The notes: a model not told the origin generated them from the letters alone. Positions 1 through 8,157 are shown, counted from the stretch's first letter. The stretch: 64,000 bases of DNA from Candidatus Moraniibacteriota bacterium (GCA_013336225.1 JAAXUC010000004.1:32421-96420); one strand, 5' to 3'. Numbers and translations: made by a program.

Positions 1-225
1 TTCTATTGGGATAGTAGTGCGCTATTTTTGTCGCCGGATGCAAAGGCAATTTTCTTTGTGGATGAGTTGGATGAAATTGTGGATGAAACAGTTTTGGCCA
101 ATGCGGAAAATTCAACAGATGAGCCGACTGTTACATATGTCAACATGCTCAAAAAAATTGATCTTGAAAATGGCAAAGTGGTGAGTCAAATAACTTCCGG
201 CAATGGTTTGAGTCTGAAGAAATAG
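1..225 (+). CDS. hypothetical protein, C-terminal fragment (ORF open to window start)
   Basis: Frame of the 28..225 ORF has no stop back to nt 1, so the gene likely starts upstream of the window; acidic C-terminus; no recognisable motif. Confidence 0.3.
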   Translation, partial: FYWDSSALFLSPDAKAIFFVDELDEIVDETVLANAENSTDEPTVTYVNMLKKIDLENGKVVSQITSGNGLSLKK

Positions 226-244
226 CTAATAGTTAAAGTTAGCC

Positions 245-280
245 AATAAAAAAAGAAGTCCTTTGGGGACTTCTTTTTGA
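245..280. terminator. bidirectional rho-independent terminator (hairpin agaagtcc-tttgg-ggacttct, A-run before and T-run after)
   Basis: Stem 254-261 / 267-274 flanked by A-run 243-253 and T-run 275-278, lying between converging genes. Confidence 0.6.
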
Positions 281-295
281 ATATTTTGGCAAAAT

Positions 296-550
296 TTACT
301 TCACTTCTTTTTTCACACGTTCTTTCTTGGGAGCAACTTTCTTGGCTGCAGATTTCTCAGCCAATTTTTTGAAGCGATCAACTCGTCCAGTGGTGTCGAG
401 AACTTTCTTCTTACCAGTGTAAAAAGGATGACAGGCTGAGCAAATTTCAACGCTCATTTCTTTGATTGTTGCGCCAGTCTCAAGGACTGCTCCGCAAGAA
501 CATTTGATTTTTGCGTCGCTGTGATATTCTGGGTGAATTTTCTTTTTCAT
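296..550 (-). CDS. rpmE: 50S ribosomal protein L31 (Zn-ribbon type)
   Basis: [10 protein letters not shown]...CSCG...[19 protein letters not shown] matches the L31 signature with its two Cys pairs. Confidence 0.9.
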   Translation of the reverse strand: MKKKIHPEYHSDAKIKCSCGAVLETGATIKEMSVEICSACHPFYTGKKKVLDTTGRVDRFKKLAEKSAAKKVAPKKERVKKEVK

Positions 551-826
551 ATAGTCTAGGAATTACAAATGTGTAAATTAAGTACCTAAATACTCTATCA
601 TAGTGTTTGGAAATTGACAAGGGGCAGGGCCTACGCTATAATAACTCTTGTATTACTAATTAACAAAAAAGCATACTTTTTCTGACCAGTCCTGTCCTGA
701 TAAATTGGGATTTCTGGCCATTTTAAAGGAAAAGTAGGTGATCAGGTCACTATTTGTGGTTTGATATAAAGGAAACGCCGGAAGCCAAATTGCCTCATTT
801 CGGGGAGGTTTGGTGGGCAAAAAAAC

Positions 827-1588
827 ATGCAAAACGACGAAACAAAGGTTGCCGGCGAGGCAATCGTGGAAAAAGAAGGGCGAGAAAGCTATTTCGCTTC
901 TGTTGATGTGTCCAAAATTGAACAAAGCTTGGAAGAAATGATGAAAGCTGGTGTGCATTTTGGTCATCAAAAAGCTCGCAGAAACCCAAAAATGGATGAA
1001 TACATCTTCACCACCCGCAAAGGAATCAACATTATTGATCTTCAAAAGACTCAAGAAAAAATCCAAGAAGCTCTTGATTTTCTTGTGAGTGTGAAAAAAA
1101 GCGGTAAAAGCATCTTGTTTGTGGGGACAAAAATTCAAGCCAAGGAACTTGTGCGAGATGTGGCTGAAACTTTGCAAATGCCGTTTGTTTGCGAAAGATG
1201 GCTTGGTGGAACATTTACAAACTTCAAAGTTATTCGCGGACGCACACGTTATTTAGTTGACAGTGAAGGAATGCTTGCACGCGGAGAATTCAAGAAATAT
1301 ACCAAATTTGAGCAAATGAAGAAAATGGAAGAATTGGAGAAAATGGAAAAACGCATGGGAGGAATCAAGAATATGGCAGATCTTCCAGGAGTTGTGTTTG
1401 CTGCCAGCATCAAGGAAGACAATTTGGCCATCACTGAAGCCAAGAAAATGGGGATTCCTGTGATCGCAATTGCTGATACCAACATTGATCCATCGCAAAT
1501 TGATTTTCCAATCCCAGCTAATGATGATGCAATCTCATCTCTTAAACTTATCCTAACTTATATCTTCAAGGCAATTAAAGAAGCATAA
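827..1588 (+). CDS. rpsB: 30S ribosomal protein S2
   Basis: GVHFGHQKARRNPKM, IFVGTK and LPGVVF..D motifs typical of S2; followed by tsf as in the canonical rpsB-tsf operon. Confidence 0.95.
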   Translation: MQNDETKVAGEAIVEKEGRESYFASVDVSKIEQSLEEMMKAGVHFGHQKARRNPKMDEYIFTTRKGINIIDLQKTQEKIQEALDFLVSVKKSGKSILFVGTKIQAKELVRDVAETLQMPFVCERWLGGTFTNFKVIRGRTRYLVDSEGMLARGEFKKYTKFEQMKKMEELEKMEKRMGGIKNMADLPGVVFAASIKEDNLAITEAKKMGIPVIAIADTNIDPSQIDFPIPANDDAISSLKLILTYIFKAIKEA

Positions 1589-1596
1589 TAAAAATA

Positions 1597-1705
1597 AATT
1601 TTTAATTTTTAATTTTTAATTTTTAATCAAATCTGAATGTCTCAATGTTTAATGATTTAAGCATTTGAAAATTCATTTCAAATTTCAAATTTCAAATTTC
1701 AAATT
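1597..1705. repeat. AT-rich intergenic element: 4x ATTTTTA heptamers, a conserved ~55-nt core (aatcaaatctgaatg..aatgttta..aaacatt hairpin), then 4x AAATTTC heptamers
   Basis: Direct reading; the core recurs at 34119-34172 and 60241-60288, and related modules at 3908-4020 and 41400-41550. Confidence 0.6.
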
Positions 1706-1717
1706 ATTGGTATTACT

Positions 1718-2296
1718 ATGTTTGAACTAGTAAAAAAAATCAGAGAGCGCACTGGTGCTGGTATGGTTGCAATCAAAAAAGCAGTTGATGAAGCTGGTGG
1801 CGATGAAGAAAAAGCCATTGAAATTCTGCGCAAGCAAGGACAAAGCAAAGCAGCCAAAAAGGCTGATCGCGCTGCAAATGAAGGAGTTGTGGTTTCATAT
1901 GTTCATTCCAACAACAAAGTTGGGGCATTAGTGAAAGTTCTTTGCGAAACTGATTTTGTTGCTCGCAATGAGGAATTCATTGCTTTTGCTAAAGATATCG
2001 CAATGCACATCACTGCTATGAGTCCAAAATTCATCAAACCTGAAGATATGCCAATAGAGGTTGTTGAAAAAGAAAAGGAAATTTGGCGCGCGCTTTTGGC
2101 TAGTGAAGGAAAACCTGCTGACATGGTTGAAAAAATCATGGCAGGAAAGGAAAAGAAATTCAGAGAGGAATCAGCTTTGCTCACTCAACCTTTTGTCAAA
2201 AATCCCGAAATTACGATCGGTGAAATGATTGTGGAGAAGATTGGAAAGATGGGAGAGAACATTCAGATTGGTGAAATTTCTCGCATCGAATTGTAA
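1718..2296 (+). CDS. tsf: elongation factor Ts (short form)
   Basis: N-terminal UBA-like MVAIKKAVDEAGGDEEKAIEILRKQG and the LCETDFVARNEEF dimerisation motif. Confidence 0.9.
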   Translation: MFELVKKIRERTGAGMVAIKKAVDEAGGDEEKAIEILRKQGQSKAAKKADRAANEGVVVSYVHSNNKVGALVKVLCETDFVARNEEFIAFAKDIAMHITAMSPKFIKPEDMPIEVVEKEKEIWRALLASEGKPADMVEKIMAGKEKKFREESALLTQPFVKNPEITIGEMIVEKIGKMGENIQIGEISRIEL

Positions 2297-2346
2297 TTTA
2301 GTGGTGGATTGTTGATCAAGAGAAATTAACTATAGGCAAAAGCAAT

Positions 2347-3123
2347 ATGTATAAATATTCAGTTCGTGTGTATAGTTGGGAACCGGCAAGGATTTGCAAG
2401 AGTGATCTTGAATTGCACCCTGGCGACGCTATTGTTGTGAAAGAAGATATGTGCAATGAAATTGCATATATTGAAGATGGTGGAGGAATTGTGATGAAGG
2501 AGAGAAATACAACAATTGCACGCCGAGCAACCGAAAGGGATCTGGAAATGCTTGCAAAAAATATTGAGAAAAAGAATGAAATCTTGAAATTGAGCAAGAT
2601 TGAAATCAAGCGTCTTTTGCTCAACATGAAGCTGGTTGATGTGCATATCAGTCTTGATGGGAGTAATGCTGTGATTCTTTTCACGGCAGATGAGCGCGTG
2701 GATTTTAGAGAGTTGGTGAAGAACCTTTCCAAGATTTTTCATCGAAGCGTGCGCATGCATCAAGTTGGTTCTCGCGATGAGGCCAGGAAGCTTGGTGGTT
2801 GTGGAGTTTGCGGACGGGATCTTTGCTGCTTGCGTTTCCCAGGCAGTTTGCCGAGCATCTCAATTGACATGGCACGCGTGCAGCAAGTCGCACACAGAGG
2901 CAGTGAGAGGATCTCTGGCGTCTGTGGACGTTTAATGTGCTGTCTTTCATATGAAGCTGCTCAATATCAGCAGATGTCAGTAGGCATGCCGGAAGTGCGA
3001 AGTCATGTAAAGATGCGTGAAGGAAAAGGCGAGGTCATTGAATTGAACATATTAACTGGAGATGTTAAGATAAGAATGGCTGATGGGACAATTGTGGTTG
3101 TGAAGAAAGAAGCCCTACTCTAA
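2347..3123 (+). CDS. ricT: PSP1-domain protein RicT/YaaT homolog
   Basis: C-terminal KLGGCGVCGRDLCCLRF...ISGVCGRLMCCLSYE closely parallels the B. subtilis YaaT GPCGRMLCC...GLCGRLMCCLKYE PSP1 motifs. Confidence 0.75.
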   Translation: MYKYSVRVYSWEPARICKSDLELHPGDAIVVKEDMCNEIAYIEDGGGIVMKERNTTIARRATERDLEMLAKNIEKKNEILKLSKIEIKRLLLNMKLVDVHISLDGSNAVILFTADERVDFRELVKNLSKIFHRSVRMHQVGSRDEARKLGGCGVCGRDLCCLRFPGSLPSISIDMARVQQVAHRGSERISGVCGRLMCCLSYEAAQYQQMSVGMPEVRSHVKMREGKGEVIELNILTGDVKIRMADGTIVVVKKEALL

Positions 3124-3151
3124 ATTTTTTTCAAAATTATCCTCAAACAGA

Positions 3152-3811
3152 ATGTTGAATTATATTTTGCCGCCAATCATAATTGTTATCAGCATTTCAA
3201 TTTTGATAATGTTTCTTTTTCGCAAGGCTGCGCAAATTCCAGCGGGGGAGTTTGCCGTTGATGAGGACAATGGAAGAAATCATGAAAAAAATGCCACCAA
3301 GATGATGTCAGGGCTTGGGCAATTCGGCTTGAAAATCTTGGAAAGATTAATGCATCATTCGAAACTGCTTTCACTCAAATTTCACAATGTGAGCAATGTG
3401 TGGTTTCAGACAATTCGCGAAAAAAGAAAGCAAAGCGCGCAATTGCAAAAGGACAGGCAAGCTCAGCAGGAGGAGCAAGTAGCATTTTCTCGAAAGAGCA
3501 ATCTCAATGTTGATGTGCAAGCCGACAGCCTTGTTTTGCAAGAAAGGCAAACATTGAGGCCAATGGTGCGATCAACCATGACAATGCCGCAAAAGAATAA
3601 TGCCAAAGAAAAGAATCAGTTGGAGGACACTTTGATAAAAAGAATCGCCATCAATCCTAAGGATATTGAAGCTTATGAGCGATTAGGGGATTATTATCTG
3701 GAAAGTGAGAATTTTGGCGATTCATTGGAATGCTTTAAGCAAGTGCTGAAATTGAGCCCAGCTCATCACAAAGCCAGGCTGCGAATTAGAAGACTTGAAA
3801 AATTGAAATAG
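3152..3811 (+). CDS. hypothetical membrane-anchored protein with C-terminal TPR-like helix pair
   Basis: N-terminal TM helix (ILPPIIIVISISILIMFLF), Q/K-rich middle, C-terminal AYERLGDYYLESENFGDSLECFKQVLKLSP TPR-like region. Confidence 0.4.
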   Translation: MLNYILPPIIIVISISILIMFLFRKAAQIPAGEFAVDEDNGRNHEKNATKMMSGLGQFGLKILERLMHHSKLLSLKFHNVSNVWFQTIREKRKQSAQLQKDRQAQQEEQVAFSRKSNLNVDVQADSLVLQERQTLRPMVRSTMTMPQKNNAKEKNQLEDTLIKRIAINPKDIEAYERLGDYYLESENFGDSLECFKQVLKLSPAHHKARLRIRRLEKLK

Positions 3812-3834
3812 ATAGTATAGAATAAAAAGATATT

Positions 3835-3907
3835 GCCACCCTAGCTCAACGGTAGAGCTACTGTTTTGTAAACAGTAGGTTATCGGTTCAAATCCGGTGG
3901 GTGGCTC
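3835..3907 (+). tRNA. tRNA-Thr (anticodon UGU)
   Basis: Manual cloverleaf: acceptor GCCACCC/GGGTGGC, D-stem GCTC/GAGC, anticodon stem ACTGT/ACAGT with loop TTTGTAA, T-loop TTCAAAT. Confidence 0.85.
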
Positions 3908-4020
3908 ATAAATGGAAAATTTCGAATTATGAATTTTGAATTTCGAATGAATTGTTGATGTTTTAAACATTTTGTCATTGGAAATTTTTTAAAAATTAAA
4001 AATTGGAAATTGAAAATTTG
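3908..4020. repeat. AT-rich intergenic repeat module (cgaattatgaattttgaatttcgaat ... ttttaaacatt)
   Basis: The cgaattatgaattttgaatttcgaat block is shared with 60212-60245; the spacer between the two tRNAs also contains aaaatt/gaaatt repeats. Confidence 0.5.
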
Positions 4021-4043
4021 AGCCCGTAAGGGCGATGCATTTC

Positions 4044-4126
4044 GGGTAGTTACCAAAGCGGTCAACTGGATCTGGCTGTAAACCAGACGGCGTAAGCCTT
4101 CGGGGGTTCGAGTCCCTCACTGCCCA
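4044..4126 (+). tRNA. tRNA-Tyr (anticodon GUA, long variable arm)
   Basis: Acceptor GGGTAGT/ACTGCCC, anticodon stem TCTGG/CCAGA with loop CTGTAAA, long variable arm CGGCGTAAGCCTTCG, T-arm GGGGG-TTCGAGT-CCCTC. Confidence 0.85.
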
Positions 4127-4139
4127 CATATGATATTTT

Positions 4140-4170
4140 AAAGACACCCTTTTGGGTGTCTTTAAAATTT
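4140..4170 (+). terminator. rho-independent terminator (aaagacaccc-tttt-gggtgtcttt + A/T tail)
   Basis: Perfect 10-bp stem immediately 3' of tRNA-Tyr. Confidence 0.6.
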
Positions 4171-4178
4171 TATTTGTA

Positions 4179-4400
4179 GTGGGCAGTGAGGGACTCGAAC
4201 GGGTCGAAGTGAGCTAGAAATTTTCAGTAGAAAATTCGCAGCGAACGCCGATGAATGAGAGCGTGCGAGCATTCAGCGCGACCCTGGGCAAGGAGCGAAG
4301 GCGACGCGTAAATCCCTCACTCTTTGTGCAGTGAGGAACTCGAACCGGCAGAAGCGAGCATTAAGCAAAGGCGAGATGGGTGCAGGAATATGACTTAAAT
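4179..4400. repeat. tRNA-Tyr-linked repeat: two inverted copies of the tRNA-Tyr 3' end (4179-4200 and 4332-4356) flanking a conserved core (cgatgaatgagagcgtgcgagcattcagcgc...ggcaaggagcg)
   Basis: 4179-4200 gtgggcagtgagggactcgaac is the exact reverse complement of the tRNA-Tyr T-arm/acceptor 3' end; the core is near-identical to cores at 57657-57700 and 57846-57890. Confidence 0.7.
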
Positions 4401-4494
4401 ACGTGATATTTCAGCTATGGACAAAAATCCAATAAAGCCTTATACTGCTTGATAGTTGCTGATTTCAGTATCTAATCCATATCGCTACCAAAAT

Positions 4495-4567
4495 GCCGTT
4501 GTAGCTCAGTTGGTAGAGCACATCCTTGGTAGGGATGAGGTCTGCGGTCCGATTCCGCACAACGGCT
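4495..4567 (+). tRNA. tRNA-Thr (anticodon GGU)
   Basis: Acceptor GCCGTTG/CAACGGC, anticodon stem CATCC/GGATG with loop TTGGTAG, T-stem TGCGG/CCGCA with atypical T-loop TCCGATT. Confidence 0.8.
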
Positions 4568-4686
4568 CAGGTTTGATAAATTAAAAGATTTTAAAATAAG
4601 TTTCTATTTTCATTGTTTTAAGCCAGAAACAAATGAACATATGAACTAATGACAATTGTATGGCAACAAAGACAAAGGAGAATTTA

Positions 4687-4824
4687 GTGAAACTTAAATG
4701 CAGTGAATGCAAAGAGATCAACTATTACACTTCAAGAAATAAGAAGAAGATCAAAGAAAAGCTTGAGCTCAACAAGTATTGCAAAAAATGTCGCAAGCAC
4801 ACTGAACATAAGGAAATGAAATAA
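4687..4824 (+). CDS. rpmG: 50S ribosomal protein L33
   Basis: Below the 60-aa ORF-track cutoff. [45 protein letters not shown] aligns with B. subtilis L33 (CTECGERNYISKKNK...KKYC). GTG start at 4687 sits 6 nt after AAGGAG; an in-frame ATG at 4660 would add 9 aa. Confidence 0.85.
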   Translation: MKLKCSECKEINYYTSRNKKKIKEKLELNKYCKKCRKHTEHKEMK

Positions 4825-4832
4825 CCTTTAAA

Positions 4833-4858
4833 GGGGCGGGTTTTCCCCGCCCCTTTAT
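4833..4858 (+). terminator. rho-independent terminator (aaaggggcggg-tttt-cccgcccctttat)
   Basis: GC-rich 10-bp stem plus T-rich tail directly after the rpmG stop. Confidence 0.6.
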
Positions 4859-4862
4859 ATTT

Positions 4863-4933
4863 GCGGGATTCGTATAGTGGTAGTACGTCGGTCTCCAAAA
4901 CCGTTGGCGTAGGTTCGATTCCTACATCCCGTG
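4863..4933 (+). tRNA. tRNA-Trp (anticodon CCA)
   Basis: Acceptor GCGGGAT/ATCCCGT (G1-U72 wobble), anticodon loop CTCCAAA, T-arm GTAGG-TTCGATT-CCTAC. Confidence 0.8.
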
Positions 4934-5096
4934 CATGCAGCAATAAAAACAGATACTTAATTAAATTAGGTACCTGTTTTTATTTATTGTTAACATTCTT
5001 TTTTTGTATCAGTTTATTTTGATTATATTTTGTTTGGATAATATGCTAGGATGAATTTTGGGTGAATTATTCTAAGAAAATATCAAAATAAAAATA

Positions 5097-6455
5097 ATGA
5101 AAAAAATATTGGCAATCGGTTGTGGAGGAGCTGGCATGTTCAGCGGCATTGTTGCAACTCAGCTCAAAAAAGAAAAATTTGAGGCCATTGCACTTTCTGA
5201 GGAAGCTGACATCTATTGTCGTTGCAGCACCCCTTATGTTTTGACGGGGGAAGCCAAGCTGGCAGATGCGATTCAATCTGACAGCATGGCTGGAGATTAT
5301 GGTGTCAAGGTTGTGCATGAAAAAGCCTTGAAAATAAACACTAATAAGAAAGAGGTCTATACCGACAAGGGAAATACTTTCGAGTATGATTATTTGGTTA
5401 TCTCCACTGGTGCAACTCCCGTTAGCCCAAAAATAAAGGGTATAAATCTTGAAAAAATATATACAGTCAGAACCAGCAACGACGTTGAAAAAATCAAAGC
5501 GACACTTGGAAAAGCCAAAAGCGCTCTTGTTATTGGCGCTGGTGTTATTGGAATTGAAATGGCTGGATCTCTTGCCGCCAATGGTTTGGAAGTGGTTTTG
5601 GTTGAAGCAAATTCTTCGATTTCAAATAGTCTTGCTGATTTGGAATTTTCTGAAAAAATCACTAAGCATCTGCAGGCAAATAAAATTGAAGTTCTTTTTA
5701 ATACCAAGGTTTCTGAAATAAAGGAAAATAAAACGAAACAAAAAGAGATTGCTGTGGTGACCAATCGCAAAAAAAGAATCATTACAGCTGATTTGATTGT
5801 TGTGGCGGCAGGCGTGAGGCCTAATTTAGATGTAATTGCTGGCACGAAAATCAAAGCCAATGAAAAGGGAATCATTGTGGATGACAGAATGCGAACTAAT
5901 ATTGCCGATGTCTATGCCTGTGGAGATTGCTGTGTGTCTCCCTCGGCAATTACGGGAGAACTGAGACCTAGTCCATTGGCCAGTACTGCCATTCAGCAAG
6001 CCAAGATTGTTGGATTTCAAATTGCTGGTTTTCCGATAAAATATAACGGCTCAACAGGAGCTTTTGCTTTTCAAACGCTGGGCAAAGAATTTGCAGGTGT
6101 GGGACTCACTGAAACAGAAGCGCGCAAAAAATTCAAATGGGTGATAACTGGAACAGCCATGACCACTGATATTTATAAGGATTTGACGGTGGCAAAAGAT
6201 CTTGAAGTTAAACTCATCTTTGCAGGACCAATGATGAGATTGGTTGGATATCAAGCCTTTGGAAATGGGGTGATTGCTTCGGCTGAGGTTGCAAGTTTTG
6301 CAATTGGGCTGCGTTTGAACATTTTGAAAATGCTGAAATTTAATTATATCGCACATCCCAGTATGACAGCTTGGCCTTTTATGAATCCAATCATCATGGC
6401 CACGGAAGATGCGATGAGCAAGATTATGGAAAAAGTGAAAAGATTTTTCAAGTAA
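5097..6455 (+). CDS. FAD-dependent pyridine nucleotide-disulfide oxidoreductase, NADH oxidase/CoA-disulfide reductase-like (single active-site Cys type)
   Basis: N-terminal FAD Rossmann KILAIGCGGAGMFSG, Cys42-like YCRCSTPYV, second Rossmann ALVIGAGVIGIEMAG, C-terminal FAD motif DVYACGDC. Confidence 0.75.
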   Translation: MKKILAIGCGGAGMFSGIVATQLKKEKFEAIALSEEADIYCRCSTPYVLTGEAKLADAIQSDSMAGDYGVKVVHEKALKINTNKKEVYTDKGNTFEYDYLVISTGATPVSPKIKGINLEKIYTVRTSNDVEKIKATLGKAKSALVIGAGVIGIEMAGSLAANGLEVVLVEANSSISNSLADLEFSEKITKHLQANKIEVLFNTKVSEIKENKTKQKEIAVVTNRKKRIITADLIVVAAGVRPNLDVIAGTKIKANEKGIIVDDRMRTNIADVYACGDCCVSPSAITGELRPSPLASTAIQQAKIVGFQIAGFPIKYNGSTGAFAFQTLGKEFAGVGLTETEARKKFKWVITGTAMTTDIYKDLTVAKDLEVKLIFAGPMMRLVGYQAFGNGVIASAEVASFAIGLRLNILKMLKFNYIAHPSMTAWPFMNPIIMATEDAMSKIMEKVKRFFK

Positions 6456-6480
6456 ACATTTCATTTTAAATGCAAAATTA

Positions 6481-6510
6481 AAAGCGCTTGAATTTTTCAA
6501 GCGCTTTTTG
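6481..6510 (+). terminator. rho-independent terminator (aaaagcgcttgaa-tttt-tcaagcgcttttt)
   Basis: Perfect 11-bp stem between A-run and T-run, 25 nt after the oxidoreductase stop. Confidence 0.65.
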
Positions 6511-6531
6511 TTGTGAGAGTGTCTTTTGTGA

Positions 6532-6669
6532 TTATATTGCTTTTTGCAACAGTGTTTCAATGTAATCAGTGGTGAAGCAGCAACCATCGCACATGATTTT
6601 GCCAAGAAGGCACTTGTTTACATGTGAGATTATCTCCTTGGCTTCTCTGGCTGACTGCACTCCGACCAT
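6532..6669 (-). CDS. possible small Cys-containing protein (45 aa; MVGVQ...KCLLGKIMCDGCCFTTDYIETLLQKAI)
   Basis: Only non-shadow ORF in the 297-bp gap between two convergent genes. Start trimmed to an internal Met because the longer ORF overlaps the LT gene end. C-terminal CxGCC motif; weak call. Confidence 0.2.
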   Translation of the reverse strand: MVGVQSAREAKEIISHVNKCLLGKIMCDGCCFTTDYIETLLQKAI

Positions 6670-6751
6670 AGCATCGACATTTTCGATTTTGGTTTGATCG
6701 ATGTCGACCTTGCCTCGAAAACCCAATGGGTTCAGGGCTTGCCCTGGGGTA

Positions 6752-7960
6752 TTAAGACTCTTTGATTTCAGCAATGCGTTCAAAAATGGCATTGCAGCGG
6801 GCAGCATAATTCAGATTTTCTCCAATGCCGGCAATTTTTTGAGCAAAGATTTTGCGCTTGTTTTCTTCATTAATAGGAATAAGTAGTGATTTGCCTTTCA
6901 TGATTTTGCTTTTTTCATTCAGGTGATTGTGCGCAAGCAAAGCAGGCAAATTCATATGATATTTCTCAGCAATTTTTCCCAGCGTTTCTCCTGCCTTGAT
7001 GGTGTGCAAAAGATTTTTGCTGTTTTTGATTTCACTGCGCGTGTCATTGGCAAGATCGGAAAGATGAGACAAAAAACCTTCAAAAGTGATCACTTCTCCA
7101 TGCTTATATGCTCCATTGAGATATTTCCAAGCAAAGCCACCATTATAGGCTGAAAGCGCAATGTTCCAATCCTGGGAAACTTTGTAGAGATCTTTGAGTA
7201 GCTTGGCCGCAGCTTGGCCGCTGCGCAAAGCGTTGGTGCGCTCATCATTTTTTCCATTGACTTTCAAGCCATATTTTTTTCCAGTGTCGGCAGTGATTTG
7301 ATACGGTCCCACAGCGCCCACGGGGGAATGCGCATCAAGCTTGAAATGCGATTCAGGAATGGCAAGATAGGCCAGATGCGCTGGGATTCCTTCTTTGATG
7401 AAAATATCTTTAAGTTTATTTTCCCAAGGCGCCATTCTTTTGAGTCCAGAGCTGAGCGAATCTTTTAAGTTGGGATTTTCTTTATATCCATCTTTCCAAT
7501 ATTTTTTCAAACTCGCCGTGGTTTCCTGATCAAAAGCAAATTTTCCTGGATGATCATAATCCAGCACTTGAGCAATTGAAAGACTTTGTTGTTCTTGCTT
7601 GGGTGTCGTTTCAACCTCACTTTTTTCAACTGCTGCGGCACTTTCTTTCGTTTGCTCTGAAGTTACTTCTTTGGCGGCTGTAAATTTTTGAAACAATTTC
7701 AAAAGTTGCGATGCTGGCTTGGTTTGACTGGCAATGGCGGTGCCCAAAATGGCAGCGCCACCCAGCAGAAACATCCGCCTTTGCTTGTCAGCAACTTCAT
7801 CATCCAAATCAATGACATCATCCTCAATTGAATTATATGAATTGCTTTGTTGCTCCTTTTTGCCTAACCATTTCAAAAGATTGAATGATTTTTCTTGAGC
7901 GTTGTTTTGATTTTTGATTGAAGATATCTTGGGCGCAAAATCTTTTTCCATGATGTTCAT
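6752..7960 (-). CDS. lytic transglycosylase (SLT domain) with C-terminal LysM domain; N-terminal TM anchor
   Basis: SLT-like HSPVGAVGPYQI...LSAYNGG block; LysM-like IKAGETLGKIAEKYHMNLPALLAHNHL...LLIP; TM helix MFLLGGAAILGTAIA. Confidence 0.75.
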   Translation of the reverse strand: MNIMEKDFAPKISSIKNQNNAQEKSFNLLKWLGKKEQQSNSYNSIEDDVIDLDDEVADKQRRMFLLGGAAILGTAIASQTKPASQLLKLFQKFTAAKEVTSEQTKESAAAVEKSEVETTPKQEQQSLSIAQVLDYDHPGKFAFDQETTASLKKYWKDGYKENPNLKDSLSSGLKRMAPWENKLKDIFIKEGIPAHLAYLAIPESHFKLDAHSPVGAVGPYQITADTGKKYGLKVNGKNDERTNALRSGQAAAKLLKDLYKVSQDWNIALSAYNGGFAWKYLNGAYKHGEVITFEGFLSHLSDLANDTRSEIKNSKNLLHTIKAGETLGKIAEKYHMNLPALLAHNHLNEKSKIMKGKSLLIPINEENKRKIFAQKIAGIGENLNYAARCNAIFERIAEIKES

Positions 7961-8021
7961 TTAAGTAGGTTAATTTCTTTCTCTGATTATAGCAGGATAA
8001 TCAATTTCCTGCGATGCAATT

Positions 8022-8082
8022 TGTCATTCCCGTGAAAACGGGAATCCAGGGCTAGGCATCACTCTGGATCCCCAGTCAAGCT
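8022..8082. repeat. foldback (MITE-like) element with TGTCAT termini, internal ATTCCCG-N7-CGGGAAT palindrome and GGATCC motifs
   Basis: tgtcattcccgtgaaaacgggaatccaggg... arm pairs with rc arm tgtcatcctcagcttgactggggatccagag; related copies at 54041-54093 and 54967-55051. Confidence 0.55.
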
Positions 8083-8121
8083 GAGGATGACAAAAAATAT
8101 TTAGTGTCATATGAATTTTGC

Positions 8122-8157
8122 AAAAAAAAGAGATTGCAATCAAGCAATCTCTTTTTG
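8122..8157. terminator. bidirectional terminator (agagattgc-aatcaa-gcaatctct, A-run / T-run)
   Basis: 9-bp stem with flanking A8 and T5; serves the minus-strand helicase gene. Confidence 0.6.

Noticed and set aside
656-1214. Minus-strand ORFs (173, 64 and 60 aa) overlapping rpsB
   Set aside because: Antisense shadow ORFs inside a confidently identified ribosomal protein gene; low-complexity, F/K-rich translations.
2316-2950. Minus-strand ORFs of 138, 134 and 81 aa overlapping ricT
   Set aside because: Shadow frames opposite a conserved PSP1-domain gene; no motifs.
4725-4943. 72-aa minus-strand ORF spanning the rpmG 3' end, its terminator and tRNA-Trp
   Set aside because: Overlaps a tRNA and a strong terminator; the translation is an artefact.
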